DNA of 64,000 bases, taken from assembly GCA_002363735.1 (NCBI GenBank), contig DEWP01000001.1:31359-95358 (forward strand), read 5' to 3'. This document shows positions 19,038-28,147 of the stretch, piece by piece. This DNA is from Bacillales bacterium UBA3207 (GTDB lineage Bacteria; Bacillota_I; Bacilli_A; RFN20; CAG-826). Positions within the stretch are counted from its first letter, which is position 1, and each line of letters opens with the position of its first letter. The notes beneath the pieces are model-generated. The model saw only the letters and a program-made list of their open reading frames with translations. It made no database searches and had not been told where the DNA came from. The position numbers and the translations under genes were made by a program.

Positions 19038-19062
19038 CAGACCATTGAGGTCTGTTTTTTTT
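19038..19062 (+). terminator. rho-independent terminator of tRNA-Gly(GCC)
   Basis: CAGACCattgaGGTCTG followed by tttttttt. Confidence 0.75.
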
Positions 19063-19225
19063 ACTTGTCTTTTTCCTTCTACTTGAATTACCGAGGATTT
19101 CTCGCTTGTTGAGTTATCAAGATCTCCTTCTGCAAGTATGTTTGCGATATGAAGGCCAATGCTATCTGCACTAACATCAAACAACATTGTCATATCTTTT
19201 TGTGTCAACCATGCTGTTTTATTTT
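19060..19225 (-). pseudogene. remnant of a RhuM-family (virulence/prophage-island associated) gene
   Basis: The frame reads ..KTAWLTQKDMTMLFDVSADSIGLHIANILAEGDLDNSTSEKSSVIQVEGKRQVKK. This matches the remembered RhuM N-terminal pattern (vWLtq-qma-LF...i-Hi-NI-egEL ... egkR-V). The rest of the family (about 300 aa) is absent. The 5' side overlaps the neighbouring gene and the 3' side runs into the tRNA terminator. Confidence 0.45.
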
Positions 19226-20268
19226 TTATCTTTCTCATCAGAATCAGTCTCAGGAGGATTTGACTCATCTGAATCTTTTAATATTCTCTCGAGATTTTCT
19301 TTTTCTTTAGCAAGTTCTTCTTCGATCTTTTCTCTTTCTTCAGGAGTTAATTTATTTGTCAGAGTTAAGTTTGTTAAAGCCTTCTCAGTAAGATGAATTG
19401 AAGCTTTAGAATAATCATCCCCAGAAGCAAATGAAATCATCTTCAAAACAGAAAAATAATAAGGAATGAACGGGAATAATAGAAATAATGAAACAAATAA
19501 ACCGATGAAAATTGCGCGGTTAATTTCGAATTTAAAAATAAAGACAGAGGCGGTTGATGCAGCGGCAAAAACAATTAGGAAGAATAAACCAACATACCAA
19601 ACCGCTCCATAATATTCCTTAAAGAATTCTTTTCTACGAATATGAGATGCAACAAGATATAGACGATTTAATGCTTTGATTGGAAGCGGGTTATTTGTCA
19701 TCAAATTAAGGTAGAATTTTTCACTATTAAGTAAACAGTGACGAATAAAAACAAATGTACCTAAAACCGATCCACTTAAAGTAACAATTTGCATCATTAA
19801 ATTTGCCGGAGAAAATTTGTAGAAATGTTCCATCGCGGTTTCCATTTGTTTGATACTTGTTGCTGCTTCAATTTCTTGCAAAATCTCCGCAAATCCTGGT
19901 TGTCCTCTTAAAAATGTGTAATATAAAATGATTGTTAAAATTGATGAAACAATGAGCGAAATGAGGATACCTTTTAGAATACCGACAAGAGCTCTAAAAC
20001 CACCAAAAAAGATTACTTTAAAATAGAATGGATAAAACGCAAAAAACGATTTAATAATGGCGAATTTACTAAGTTGTAATCCAAATAAGGCTGCTTGATA
20101 AGCAAATGTAAAAGGAAGGACAACAAAAGGAATTGTTAAGATAATTGTTGGTGGAAATAAGATATTCAGTAAAAGAGATACAGCGATGATGAAAATATAC
20201 ATTGCTGTTAGACTTGATTTAGCACCAAAATCTTTTCCGTATTCTTTCCAAGCTTCTTTTGCAATCAT
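19219..20268 (-). CDS. multi-pass membrane protein with acidic C-terminal tail
   Basis: 349 aa with many hydrophobic helices and a tail EEREKIEEELAKEKENLERILKDSDESNPPETDSDEKDKK. 4-nt overlap with the upstream NERD gene. Confidence 0.7.
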   Translation of the reverse strand: MIAKEAWKEYGKDFGAKSSLTAMYIFIIAVSLLLNILFPPTIILTIPFVVLPFTFAYQAALFGLQLSKFAIIKSFFAFYPFYFKVIFFGGFRALVGILKGILISLIVSSILTIILYYTFLRGQPGFAEILQEIEAATSIKQMETAMEHFYKFSPANLMMQIVTLSGSVLGTFVFIRHCLLNSEKFYLNLMTNNPLPIKALNRLYLVASHIRRKEFFKEYYGAVWYVGLFFLIVFAAASTASVFIFKFEINRAIFIGLFVSLFLLFPFIPYYFSVLKMISFASGDDYSKASIHLTEKALTNLTLTNKLTPEEREKIEEELAKEKENLERILKDSDESNPPETDSDEKDKK

Positions 20269-20867
20269 CTTTTCACGTCTCTTAAATTTAAGGTTGCGAT
20301 GTCTTTCACCGCAAACACCATTTGTTCTTGGTTTAAAGGAGCGACATCTCTGCTCTCATATTCTTTAATAACTTTTTTTAATTTTCTTAAATGAACGATT
20401 GATGTATTTTCTTCACCGCTCATTAAAGTGCAGGAATCATTCACTAAAGCAATTGGTATAAACAATGATTCATCAATGTTAATAATGCTCGCTAAGTCTT
20501 TTAAATTTCGTTGAGCAATATTTAAGGGATTATCAATGTAGGAATGACCTTTTTTTGATTTAATTAATAAGGAATTGTCTGTACTTTTGCCATATAAATC
20601 ATCATCACAATAGAAATCATAAAACACATAAATGTACTTGTTTCCAAACAACAATTGGTCGACAGTTAATCTTGAATTATGATGGTTTTCAAGAACTAAT
20701 TTTGAGATGAAATAATAGTCATCTCGCATTGCAATATGATAGATTTTTTGACCATAGATTCTATGAAAAAATTTACGGTAAATGACTCGATATAAATAAG
20801 GAAAAGCAATAGTCATAACTATTGCGATTCCAAGTAAGATAATTAATAAAACAAATAAGAACGACAT
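20265..20867 (-). CDS. membrane-anchored NERD (nuclease-related domain)-like protein
   Basis: Start set at MSFLFVLLIILLG (TM helix). The core VDQLLFGNKYIYVFYDFYCDDDLYGKSTDNSLLIKSKKGHSYIDNPLNIAQRN resembles the NERD pattern (iDhlli...gifvIE-K...G-i-g......npl-Q). The longer ORF-track start would overlap deoD. Confidence 0.6.
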   Translation of the reverse strand: MSFLFVLLIILLGIAIVMTIAFPYLYRVIYRKFFHRIYGQKIYHIAMRDDYYFISKLVLENHHNSRLTVDQLLFGNKYIYVFYDFYCDDDLYGKSTDNSLLIKSKKGHSYIDNPLNIAQRNLKDLASIINIDESLFIPIALVNDSCTLMSGEENTSIVHLRKLKKVIKEYESRDVAPLNQEQMVFAVKDIATLNLRDVKR

Positions 20868-20874
20868 TCTTTCT

Positions 20875-21591
20875 TTATGCGAATGATTCAGCTGTTTCAA
20901 TAGCAACATCAATCATGTTTCTTAAACCTGTTTGACGTTGTTCAGCGGTTAAACGTCCTTCTTTAACAAAGCTATCAGTGACTGTTAAGATAGTTAAAGC
21001 ACGTTTACCAAGTTCTTTAGCGGTCACGTATAAAGCGTAGGATTCCATTTCAACACCCATGATTCCAAGGGCAGCCCATTTCTTCCAGATTTCTTTATCG
21101 TGATCATAGAAAATATCAGCAGCAAAAATGTTACCGATATGATGTGGATATTTCTTTTCAAGAAGTACTTCTCTTGCTCTTAATAAAACATCAAAGTCAG
21201 CTAAAGCTGAGAATGTTCCATTAAGTCCGAATTGTGACATCCAATTGGAGTCGGTTGAGGCGCCAGCACAAAGTAAAACATCAAAGAAATCGATGTTTGG
21301 TTGATATGATCCACAAGTTCCAACACGAATAATTGTCTCAACATCATATTCGGCATAGAGTTCATGTGAATAAATACCAATGGATGGATGTCCCATACCA
21401 GAAGCCATTACGGAAACACGTTTACCGTTTTTTGTGTAACCAGTGAAGCAAAGATTACCACGAACCTGATTAACAAGTTTCACGTCATGTAAAAAGTTTT
21501 CGGCAATCCATCGAGCACGATTTGGATCGCCAGGCATTAGAACGACTTTCGCAATATCGCCTTTTTTAGCCTCATTATGTGGTGTAGCCAT
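20875..21591 (-). CDS. deoD: purine nucleoside phosphorylase, DeoD type
   Basis: Start at ATG 21591 (MATPHNEAKKGDIAKVVLMPGDPNRA), 6 nt after AAGGAG. 238 aa, typical DeoD length and motifs (GMGHPSIGIYSHEL). Confidence 0.9.
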   Translation of the reverse strand: MATPHNEAKKGDIAKVVLMPGDPNRARWIAENFLHDVKLVNQVRGNLCFTGYTKNGKRVSVMASGMGHPSIGIYSHELYAEYDVETIIRVGTCGSYQPNIDFFDVLLCAGASTDSNWMSQFGLNGTFSALADFDVLLRAREVLLEKKYPHHIGNIFAADIFYDHDKEIWKKWAALGIMGVEMESYALYVTAKELGKRALTILTVTDSFVKEGRLTAEQRQTGLRNMIDVAIETAESFA

Positions 21592-21649
21592 ATAATTCTC
21601 CTTATTGTTCGCTTGATATTTTATCAAATGTCTTAATACATTTCATTAT

Positions 21650-22258
21650 TTAATCAAAAATTGTTGTTCCATCTTCATATGCTTTGAAGATTCTCATTAG
21701 TTCATCATGAGACATTTTTCTCGACATTTCAGGGAGATTATTCATTGGAAAGAACTTCACATCTGTTGTCTCGTGACAATGTTCATGGAACTTGCTTTCG
21801 TCAATTTTTCCTTCAAAGACCATCACATATTCAGGAACATTTTGATTTGATTTATATGGAGTTCTTTCTAGTAATGCGATGAGTCGAACAATCTTTGGTT
21901 CGATTCCAGCTTCTTGAGATACTTCATTAAAAGCTGCTTTACTTGGTGAATCATATAATTCTGCCCAACCTCCAGGCATTGACCATAATCCTGAATTAGC
22001 TTCTCTAACTAATAAGATTTCATGTTTGTCGTTTACAATCACAGTGCGAGAACTAATCGAAGGAGTTGGATAAATATCTCGAGAAAACATACTTGGACGA
22101 TCAAATTTAACATCACAAAATTTTTCTATCATTTCTCGCGATAATTCATTCAATTCTTTATAGTTATCAATCGCATATGGATCTTTCGAAAACGTTAAAC
22201 CGATTTTAGCAATTGAGTGGACTTTTACCACAAAATCATAGAATTCTTGATACTTCAT
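21650..22258 (-). CDS. NUDIX hydrolase with NUDIX N-terminal helper domain (ADP-ribose pyrophosphatase-like)
   Basis: Nudix box GGWAELYDSPSKAAFNEVSQEAGI. The N-terminus IAKIGLTFSKDPYAIDNYKEL resembles Nudix_N_2. Start chosen at ATG 22258, which sits 6 nt after TGTTATAAT. Confidence 0.8.
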   Translation of the reverse strand: MKYQEFYDFVVKVHSIAKIGLTFSKDPYAIDNYKELNELSREMIEKFCDVKFDRPSMFSRDIYPTPSISSRTVIVNDKHEILLVREANSGLWSMPGGWAELYDSPSKAAFNEVSQEAGIEPKIVRLIALLERTPYKSNQNVPEYVMVFEGKIDESKFHEHCHETTDVKFFPMNNLPEMSRKMSHDELMRIFKAYEDGTTIFD

Positions 22259-22301
22259 ATCGAAATTATAACATAGTGATAATTTCAAGTTAAATCAAAA
22301 T

Positions 22302-22333
22302 AAAAAACAACCGAGAATTGTCGGTTGTTTTTG
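22302..22333. terminator. bidirectional rho-independent terminator after cdaA
   Basis: aaaaaACAACCGAgaattgTCGGTTGTtttt. Confidence 0.7.
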
Positions 22334-22347
22334 AGCTATTTTATTTT

Positions 22348-23121
22348 TTATTCAGCTTGTTTATCATCAGCGAACATGAAGTCCTCAAGAATCCTCATAA
22401 AGGAATCCGGAGTAACATGAATTAGTTCGCCAGCAACAGCTAATGAAATGCGACCTGTTTCTTCACTAACAACAACAGTCACTGAGTCTGAGACTTCACT
22501 AATACCAATTGCGGCACGGTGTCGACTTCCGAATTTACCAGTTAATGGTTTGGTTGTTGGAGTGTAATAAACAGATGCAGCGGCAATCATATCACGTCGA
22601 ATAACAACTGCACCATCGTGTAATCTTGTGCCAGGATAGAAAATTGTTTGAAGAAGTTCTGGAGTAACAGGAGCATTCACCACTGTGCCAGATTTCATAA
22701 AGTCATCCAAATTGGTGTGACGTTCAAATGTAATAATCGCACCAATTTTTGATTTAGATAAATTTTCAACGGCTTGGAAAACACGTGTGTATAAAGCGTG
22801 ACGATCGAACACTTTTTCAGTACGTTTCGACTTAATCGAAAGAGTATTGGCAACAAGTGGACGAAGATCGCCTTGGTTAATAAGTAAAAATGTAGTTAAT
22901 AAGCCAACAGTTACAATCAATGAAGCAACCCACAAAGAGGTTAATCCAAAGAACCATGCAACAACTGTTAAAATAAGTCCACATAATGAAACAAAGAATG
23001 GGACTTTACGGCGTAAAACCTTAAATAAAATAATCGCTGATCCGATAAGAAGTAATACAAAAAATACTAATTCAACCCATAAACCAGCGTTATTTGTAAC
23101 AAATTGGCCGTCTTTAAACAT
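22348..23121 (-). CDS. cdaA: diadenylate cyclase CdaA (membrane-anchored DAC domain)
   Basis: 257 aa with 3 N-terminal TM helices. DAC motifs: GAIITFER, LHDGAVVI, GSRHRAAIGISEVSDSVTVVVSEETG. Confidence 0.9.
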   Translation of the reverse strand: MFKDGQFVTNNAGLWVELVFFVLLLIGSAIILFKVLRRKVPFFVSLCGLILTVVAWFFGLTSLWVASLIVTVGLLTTFLLINQGDLRPLVANTLSIKSKRTEKVFDRHALYTRVFQAVENLSKSKIGAIITFERHTNLDDFMKSGTVVNAPVTPELLQTIFYPGTRLHDGAVVIRRDMIAAASVYYTPTTKPLTGKFGSRHRAAIGISEVSDSVTVVVSEETGRISLAVAGELIHVTPDSFMRILEDFMFADDKQAE

Positions 23122-23123
23122 AA

Positions 23124-23609
23124 TTATTTAACCCAACGGTGAGCAAAACGGCTTGCAGCAGAAGCAGCAATAGCACCAACGATGTCATCAATGAATGTAT
23201 TGACTGTGCCGGTGTCTTTTCCATCTTCGTTTAATTTAGCAATGATGCCGTATTTCTTTTTATCGATGAAACCAAAGTTAGTTAAAGCAATTGAACCATA
23301 GAGGTTACAAATACCATAAGCTAAGACTTCATCAACGCCATATAATCCTTCATCACGAGTGAGGATTTTAGCTAAATCTTTATCTAACATTGAGCCTTTT
23401 TCGGCAGCAACATCAAGTTCAATACCGGTCATAATAGCGTTTTGAACTTCGCGTTTTGATAAAACGGACATGACAGATTCAAGAAGTTCTTCTTTCTTTA
23501 AATCAACATGGTAGTCAGCTTGTAAGAAACGAGCACATTCAGCAATGTCGTTGACTGTGACACCACGGGATTCAAGTAATTCAATACATTTTGTACGATA
23601 ATCTTCCAT
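23124..23609 (-). CDS. PgpA-family phosphatidylglycerophosphatase-like protein (YutG-like)
   Basis: 161 aa. SKREVQNAIMTGIELD ... RDEGLYGVDEVLA ... NTFIDDIVGAIAASAASRFAHRW matches my memory of B. subtilis YutG closely. Confidence 0.75.
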   Translation of the reverse strand: MEDYRTKCIELLESRGVTVNDIAECARFLQADYHVDLKKEELLESVMSVLSKREVQNAIMTGIELDVAAEKGSMLDKDLAKILTRDEGLYGVDEVLAYGICNLYGSIALTNFGFIDKKKYGIIAKLNEDGKDTGTVNTFIDDIVGAIAASAASRFAHRWVK

Positions 23610-23711
23610 TCAAAATACCTCCTTTTTGTATTTAAATTTGAATTTTCAACTTAAATATTATAGCACTTCTTATTTATTTAAATAAAGCAAACTATATAAG
23701 ATTTAGCTTAA

Positions 23712-23736
23712 AAAAGAAAAGGTTCCATAGGAACCT
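23712..23736 (-). terminator. rho-independent terminator after pepF-like gene
   Basis: The minus strand reads AGGTTCCtatGGAACCTtttctttttt. The stem includes the TAG stop. Confidence 0.65.
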
Positions 23737-25453
23737 ATTCAAATTTTGTTTCATCAAATCCTTTGAGGATTTTCTTTAATGGTCGAATCACCTTTGCGAC
23801 ATTACCGTCATCAAATGGATTACGTAAATGATTCTTTTCAAGGAGGTGAACAAACGGATATTTTCCACCACTCTTACAAAGTTTAATGTATTTTTTCCAT
23901 GCTTTTTCTCTATTCTTTGTCATTTCAACAAGGAATTGGAATGCACAGACTTGAGCAAGAGTGTAATCAATGTAGTAGAACGGAGTTCCAAAGATGTGGG
24001 ATTGTTTCATCCACATTGCACCATGGCCAGAAGATTTCATTGCAGCTGGATATCTCTTATGAGGTAAATATCTTCCTTCAATTTCTTTGAATGCTGCACA
24101 TCTTTCTTCATGTGTTGCAGTTGGGTGTTTATAAACCCAATGTTGGAATTCATCAATCGTGATTCCATATGGAAGGAAGCAGATCGCATCACTTAAGTGA
24201 TAATAACGATATTTATCAGCATCTTTTCCAAAGAAGAGGTTCATCCATGGCCAAGCAAAGAACTCCATTGACATTGAGTGAATTTCACATGATTCAAGAG
24301 TTGGTGAGCGATAACAACTTGGTTTAATGTTACGAGATAAATAACCTTGCAGTGCGTGACCAAATTCATGAGTTAACACATCAACATCATGAGGTGTTCC
24401 ATTGAAGTTAGAGAAGATGAATGGATATTTATAATCATCAAAGAAAGTCATGTATCCACCCGGTTGTTTTCCTGGACGAGATTCAAGATCAAGAAGATGT
24501 CTTTCTTCCATAAAATCAAAGAAATATCCAGTAATTGCAGACATTTCGTGATACATTTTTCTTCCGCTTTCGACTAAATAATGGGAATCACCAGCAAGTT
24601 TTGGGTTACCACTTTTGAAGAAAACGTTGTAGTCGTAGACATACATTTTATTGAATGGAATACCTAAACGTTTTGCTTGTGCTTTTAAGATTTTTTGAGC
24701 AACTGGAACAACTTCGGTTGCGATTTGTTTGCGATAGTTAGCAACCATCTCTGGATCATAATCAACTCGGCCTAAAGATAGATAACCAAGCTCAGTAAAG
24801 TCTTCAAAACCAAGTTTTTTAGCAGCCTTATCTCTTAGCAAAACAAGTTTTCCATAAATATCACCGATTTCTTGTTCGTGTTCTTGGAAAAATTGATCAA
24901 CAGCAATCGCGGCTTCTTCTCTAGTTTTACGATCAGCGCTAGAAGAGAATTTGCCCATTTGAGGAATGTTATAAGTTTGGCCTCTAAAGTTAATTTGGGC
25001 GCTTCCCATGATTTTGTCATATTGACTTGTTAAACGGTTAATTTCAACAAGTTCTGGAATGATTTTTTCATCGAATGATTTGAGATCATTTTCAATCATT
25101 GTGAAATAATATTTTCCATATTTTTCTTCAATTTGTTTACGGTATGGAACAGCAACAAGAATTTTGTTCCATTCGTTTGTTAAATTAGAAATTAATGGAG
25201 AGATTTCATCCACTAAATCCTGGAGTTTTGCAATCTTTTCATCCTGAGTATTTAATGTGAAGCGAACTTCAATAATGCTAAAATTAGTACCGATTTTTGA
25301 AGCATATCTTTCATAAGCTTTAATGACTTTAAAACCTGTTTCAAAATCTTTTGCATTCTTTAATTGTTCAATAAAAGATTTCATCTTCTTTTCAATTTGT
25401 TTGAATGAAAACTTTTGTATAGGAATATCTTCGAATTTAATTGTTTTTTCCAT
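23735..25453 (-). CDS. M3B-family oligoendopeptidase (PepF-like)
   Basis: 572 aa with zinc motif HEFGHALQ and downstream E (..LESCEIHSM..). Length and layout are typical of the PepF/M3 family. Confidence 0.85.
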   Translation of the reverse strand: MEKTIKFEDIPIQKFSFKQIEKKMKSFIEQLKNAKDFETGFKVIKAYERYASKIGTNFSIIEVRFTLNTQDEKIAKLQDLVDEISPLISNLTNEWNKILVAVPYRKQIEEKYGKYYFTMIENDLKSFDEKIIPELVEINRLTSQYDKIMGSAQINFRGQTYNIPQMGKFSSSADRKTREEAAIAVDQFFQEHEQEIGDIYGKLVLLRDKAAKKLGFEDFTELGYLSLGRVDYDPEMVANYRKQIATEVVPVAQKILKAQAKRLGIPFNKMYVYDYNVFFKSGNPKLAGDSHYLVESGRKMYHEMSAITGYFFDFMEERHLLDLESRPGKQPGGYMTFFDDYKYPFIFSNFNGTPHDVDVLTHEFGHALQGYLSRNIKPSCYRSPTLESCEIHSMSMEFFAWPWMNLFFGKDADKYRYYHLSDAICFLPYGITIDEFQHWVYKHPTATHEERCAAFKEIEGRYLPHKRYPAAMKSSGHGAMWMKQSHIFGTPFYYIDYTLAQVCAFQFLVEMTKNREKAWKKYIKLCKSGGKYPFVHLLEKNHLRNPFDDGNVAKVIRPLKKILKGFDETKFE

Positions 25454-25463
25454 AATCTACCTC

Positions 25464-27878
25464 CTAATAATATGAGTAAAATTTACCATAATTACGGTTC
25501 ATATCGCACCAAGTTGTGAATTTGGTACAAACAACACCGTTTTGGTAATTGTAATCAGATTTCATAATTTGAATGTAATAACCAGATGGTTGGAATGCAA
25601 CAAAGGCATTTACACCTGATGGCGTAGTTGTTTGATATGCACTAGCATTCGCACAATATGCGCTATGACCAATCACATTTAATAACGATTGAACAACAGT
25701 TGAAGTTGATGATGCTCCAAGCTTTAAAAGTAAATCCAGCATATCAACGTCACCATAACAAACATTTTGGTATTCACCTTGGAATTCAGAAAACCTTAAT
25801 GATTTATTCGCGGCAGTTTTTACTGTTGAATAGGCTGTTGAACTATTGTAATCAGCAGTAAATTCATTAAATGCATTCGTAAATGTGTGCATGTTATCTA
25901 ATTTTAAATATGAAAGGACTTGGTAATTGTCGTAACCGGTTCCATAATCACTAACGAAATCATCACAAATGTCAGTGAGGAATTCTTCTGTCGAATATGA
26001 TGTTTTATTTTGAATGCTTTGATAGAGTTTTTTGAATGCATCAGTATAATACCAACCACCACCAGATTCTAATTCTTGTGAAGCGACTTGATAGTGGAAG
26101 AAATCATCATTAATTGAAGCGATATCAGCCATTTGCATAGTGCAGCAGTCATAGCCAATCCATTCTAACTTAGTTGCGCTTCCTGGTTCACCAAGATTAA
26201 TTCTAAAGGCATCGTAAGCCTCACCTGGAGTAAGGCCATCACTAGAATGACGTTCATCAAAACATGCACCGCTAATACCACCGCCGTGATTCCATAAAAC
26301 AACTCCGGTTTTTTCGGCTGGATAGTTTTCTAAACCCCAATCTAAGAACGATGAGAATGTTGCTAAAGAGCCCATATTTGCATCATTTGGTTGGAGATTT
26401 GACGGTTCTTTTTCCAATTTTCCAGAATCATTTAAAACCCAACGTGTTAGTGCTTCTGGAACAACTTTTCCATCACTTGTGAATTGTTTGCTCTTAGATT
26501 TCCATGAATTAGCTCCGCCAGTTTCAAAGATGATATTAACTCCATCTGGTGCAGCACCAGCATTAACAATTTCTTGAATATCTGTACTAGCATAACCATG
26601 ATTCGATTCTAAATCAGCTCCACAAACATATAACATGATTGTGTATTCATCCAAAGTGGCGGCTTCTTTAATTGTTAAATTTGCTTTTCCGCTCTTTGTG
26701 TTATCGAAATTTGAAGTTGCGGTAATTGTAATTGGACCACCAACAGCAACTGGAGTAATTAATCCAGTATTTGCATCAATTTTTGCAATTTGCGGATTGG
26801 ATGAAGACCAAGTAACTGTTTTATCTTCTGTTTTTAATCCTGTACCAATAACATCAGCAACCGCTGTCGTAGTTTTATTTAATCTTAAGCTTGATTGAAG
26901 TGATACAGAAACGTTTGAAACTCTTGGAGTTGAATCGTTAACAACAACTTTTACAGTGGCAAATTTTGTTGAATCATAAGTTGATGTAGCCGTGATTGTA
27001 ACTGAGGTTGCACCAGTTACTTTTAAGGCATTTGCTAAACCTGTTGAAGCATCAATACTCACTTTTGTTGGATCAGAACTTGACCAAGTTACAGTTGTCG
27101 GAGCGCTATATTGAACATCAACTTTAGCCGTGAATTGCACGCTTTTTTTATTTAATGATTCATAAATATCAAGAGTGTACGTTGTTACTTTTTGACTACC
27201 AGCATAGATGGACACACTATTAACAACTGGTGTTGTATTAACAACATTAATTAAAACTGTGTAATATTTTGTTGGATCAGCAACTGATGTTGCAGTAACT
27301 GTCCCATAACCAAGATTTGTTGCACTAACCAAACCATTACTATCAACATTTAAAACATCACTTTCATAAGTCCACGTGACAGCTTGACTTGGACTATTAA
27401 CACCATGAACTGTGGCAGTTAATTGAATAGTGTTACTATTTTTAAGATCAATCTCTGGGTTTTCTGGTGAAACTGTTACATAACTAACAACTGGAACATC
27501 ATTAACAACTTTAACATTACATGTTGCGTATTTTGAACTATCTTGGTTCGATGTTGCGCTGATTGTTGCACTGCCGACTTTTAAAGCAGTTACAACACCG
27601 TTTTCAACGGTTGCAATACTTTGATCAGAACTTTTCCAAGTCAATGATTTATCGAAATCGCCATGGCCTTCAACTGATGCAATTAAAGTTTCAACAGTAT
27701 AAGGATGAGATGTATTTAAATTAAAATTTAATTCGGAACGATTTAAAGAAACTGATGTTACTTCAGAAATGGTTTCTTCACTTGTCGGTGATGGTTTCGT
27801 TTTATGAGAACGAGGCGACATTGTACACCCACTAAGAATGAACATTGCGAGTAATAATGTGACCAGTTTCTTTTTCAT
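25464..27878 (-). CDS. surface lipoprotein: about five Big_2 Ig-like domains fused to a clostripain-like (C11) cysteine peptidase domain
   Basis: Lipobox LAMFILSGC. It has repeated modules of about 85 aa (..ATVxxxGxVTAxxxGxATITATS..). The C-terminal half has IMLYVCGADLESN, VVLWNHGGG (His) and IGYDCCTMQM (Cys), typical of the C11 family. Confidence 0.8.
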   Translation of the reverse strand: MKKKLVTLLLAMFILSGCTMSPRSHKTKPSPTSEETISEVTSVSLNRSELNFNLNTSHPYTVETLIASVEGHGDFDKSLTWKSSDQSIATVENGVVTALKVGSATISATSNQDSSKYATCNVKVVNDVPVVSYVTVSPENPEIDLKNSNTIQLTATVHGVNSPSQAVTWTYESDVLNVDSNGLVSATNLGYGTVTATSVADPTKYYTVLINVVNTTPVVNSVSIYAGSQKVTTYTLDIYESLNKKSVQFTAKVDVQYSAPTTVTWSSSDPTKVSIDASTGLANALKVTGATSVTITATSTYDSTKFATVKVVVNDSTPRVSNVSVSLQSSLRLNKTTTAVADVIGTGLKTEDKTVTWSSSNPQIAKIDANTGLITPVAVGGPITITATSNFDNTKSGKANLTIKEAATLDEYTIMLYVCGADLESNHGYASTDIQEIVNAGAAPDGVNIIFETGGANSWKSKSKQFTSDGKVVPEALTRWVLNDSGKLEKEPSNLQPNDANMGSLATFSSFLDWGLENYPAEKTGVVLWNHGGGISGACFDERHSSDGLTPGEAYDAFRINLGEPGSATKLEWIGYDCCTMQMADIASINDDFFHYQVASQELESGGGWYYTDAFKKLYQSIQNKTSYSTEEFLTDICDDFVSDYGTGYDNYQVLSYLKLDNMHTFTNAFNEFTADYNSSTAYSTVKTAANKSLRFSEFQGEYQNVCYGDVDMLDLLLKLGASSTSTVVQSLLNVIGHSAYCANASAYQTTTPSGVNAFVAFQPSGYYIQIMKSDYNYQNGVVCTKFTTWCDMNRNYGKFYSYY

Positions 27879-27992
27879 CTTTTTTCACCCTAAGGTGAGA
27901 ATATTTTAATGCTTATTTGTTTTGATTACAAATCAAAAAATTAGTTTATGAAAAATCATCATCGTCCTTATAAATTAATAAGAAAAAAATAA

Positions 27993-28019
27993 TGAAAAAG
28001 GCAGTTTGTGTTAACTGCC
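27993..28019 (-). terminator. rho-independent terminator after tRNA-Gly(CCC)
   Basis: The minus strand reads GGCAGTTaacacaAACTGCCtttttc. Confidence 0.65.
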
Positions 28020-28033
28020 AAATAGTCGGTTAT

Positions 28034-28107
28034 TGGAGCACCTGGCGGGAATCGAACCCGTACAATTAGCTTGGGAAGCTAATGTTCTACCACTAAACTA
28101 CAGGTGC
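28034..28107 (-). tRNA. tRNA-Gly (anticodon CCC)
   Basis: GCACCTGTAGTTTAGTGGTAGAACATTAGCTTCCCAAGCTAATTGTACGGGTTCGATTCCCGCCAGGTGCTCCA. Stem TTAGC/GCTAA, loop TT-CCC-AA. Confidence 0.85.
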
Positions 28108-28110
28108 ATA

Positions 28111-28138
28111 TAAAAAGCCCATAATGAATCATGGGCTT
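28111..28138 (-). terminator. rho-independent terminator between the 467-aa gene and tRNA-Gly(CCC)
   Basis: The minus strand reads AAGCCCATgattcattATGGGCTTtttta. Confidence 0.7.
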
Positions 28139-28147
28139 TAATATTAA

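Noticed and set aside
20868-21627. Longer N-terminal extensions offered by the ORF track. Examples: NERD from 20912, deoD from 21627, frr from 47661, topA from 54792, trmFO from 52668, the Vat fusion from 37277.
   Set aside because: The extensions overlap the upstream gene, start at non-ATG codons, or lack an RBS. An internal ATG with a good RBS or -10 context gives the family-typical N-terminus and length.
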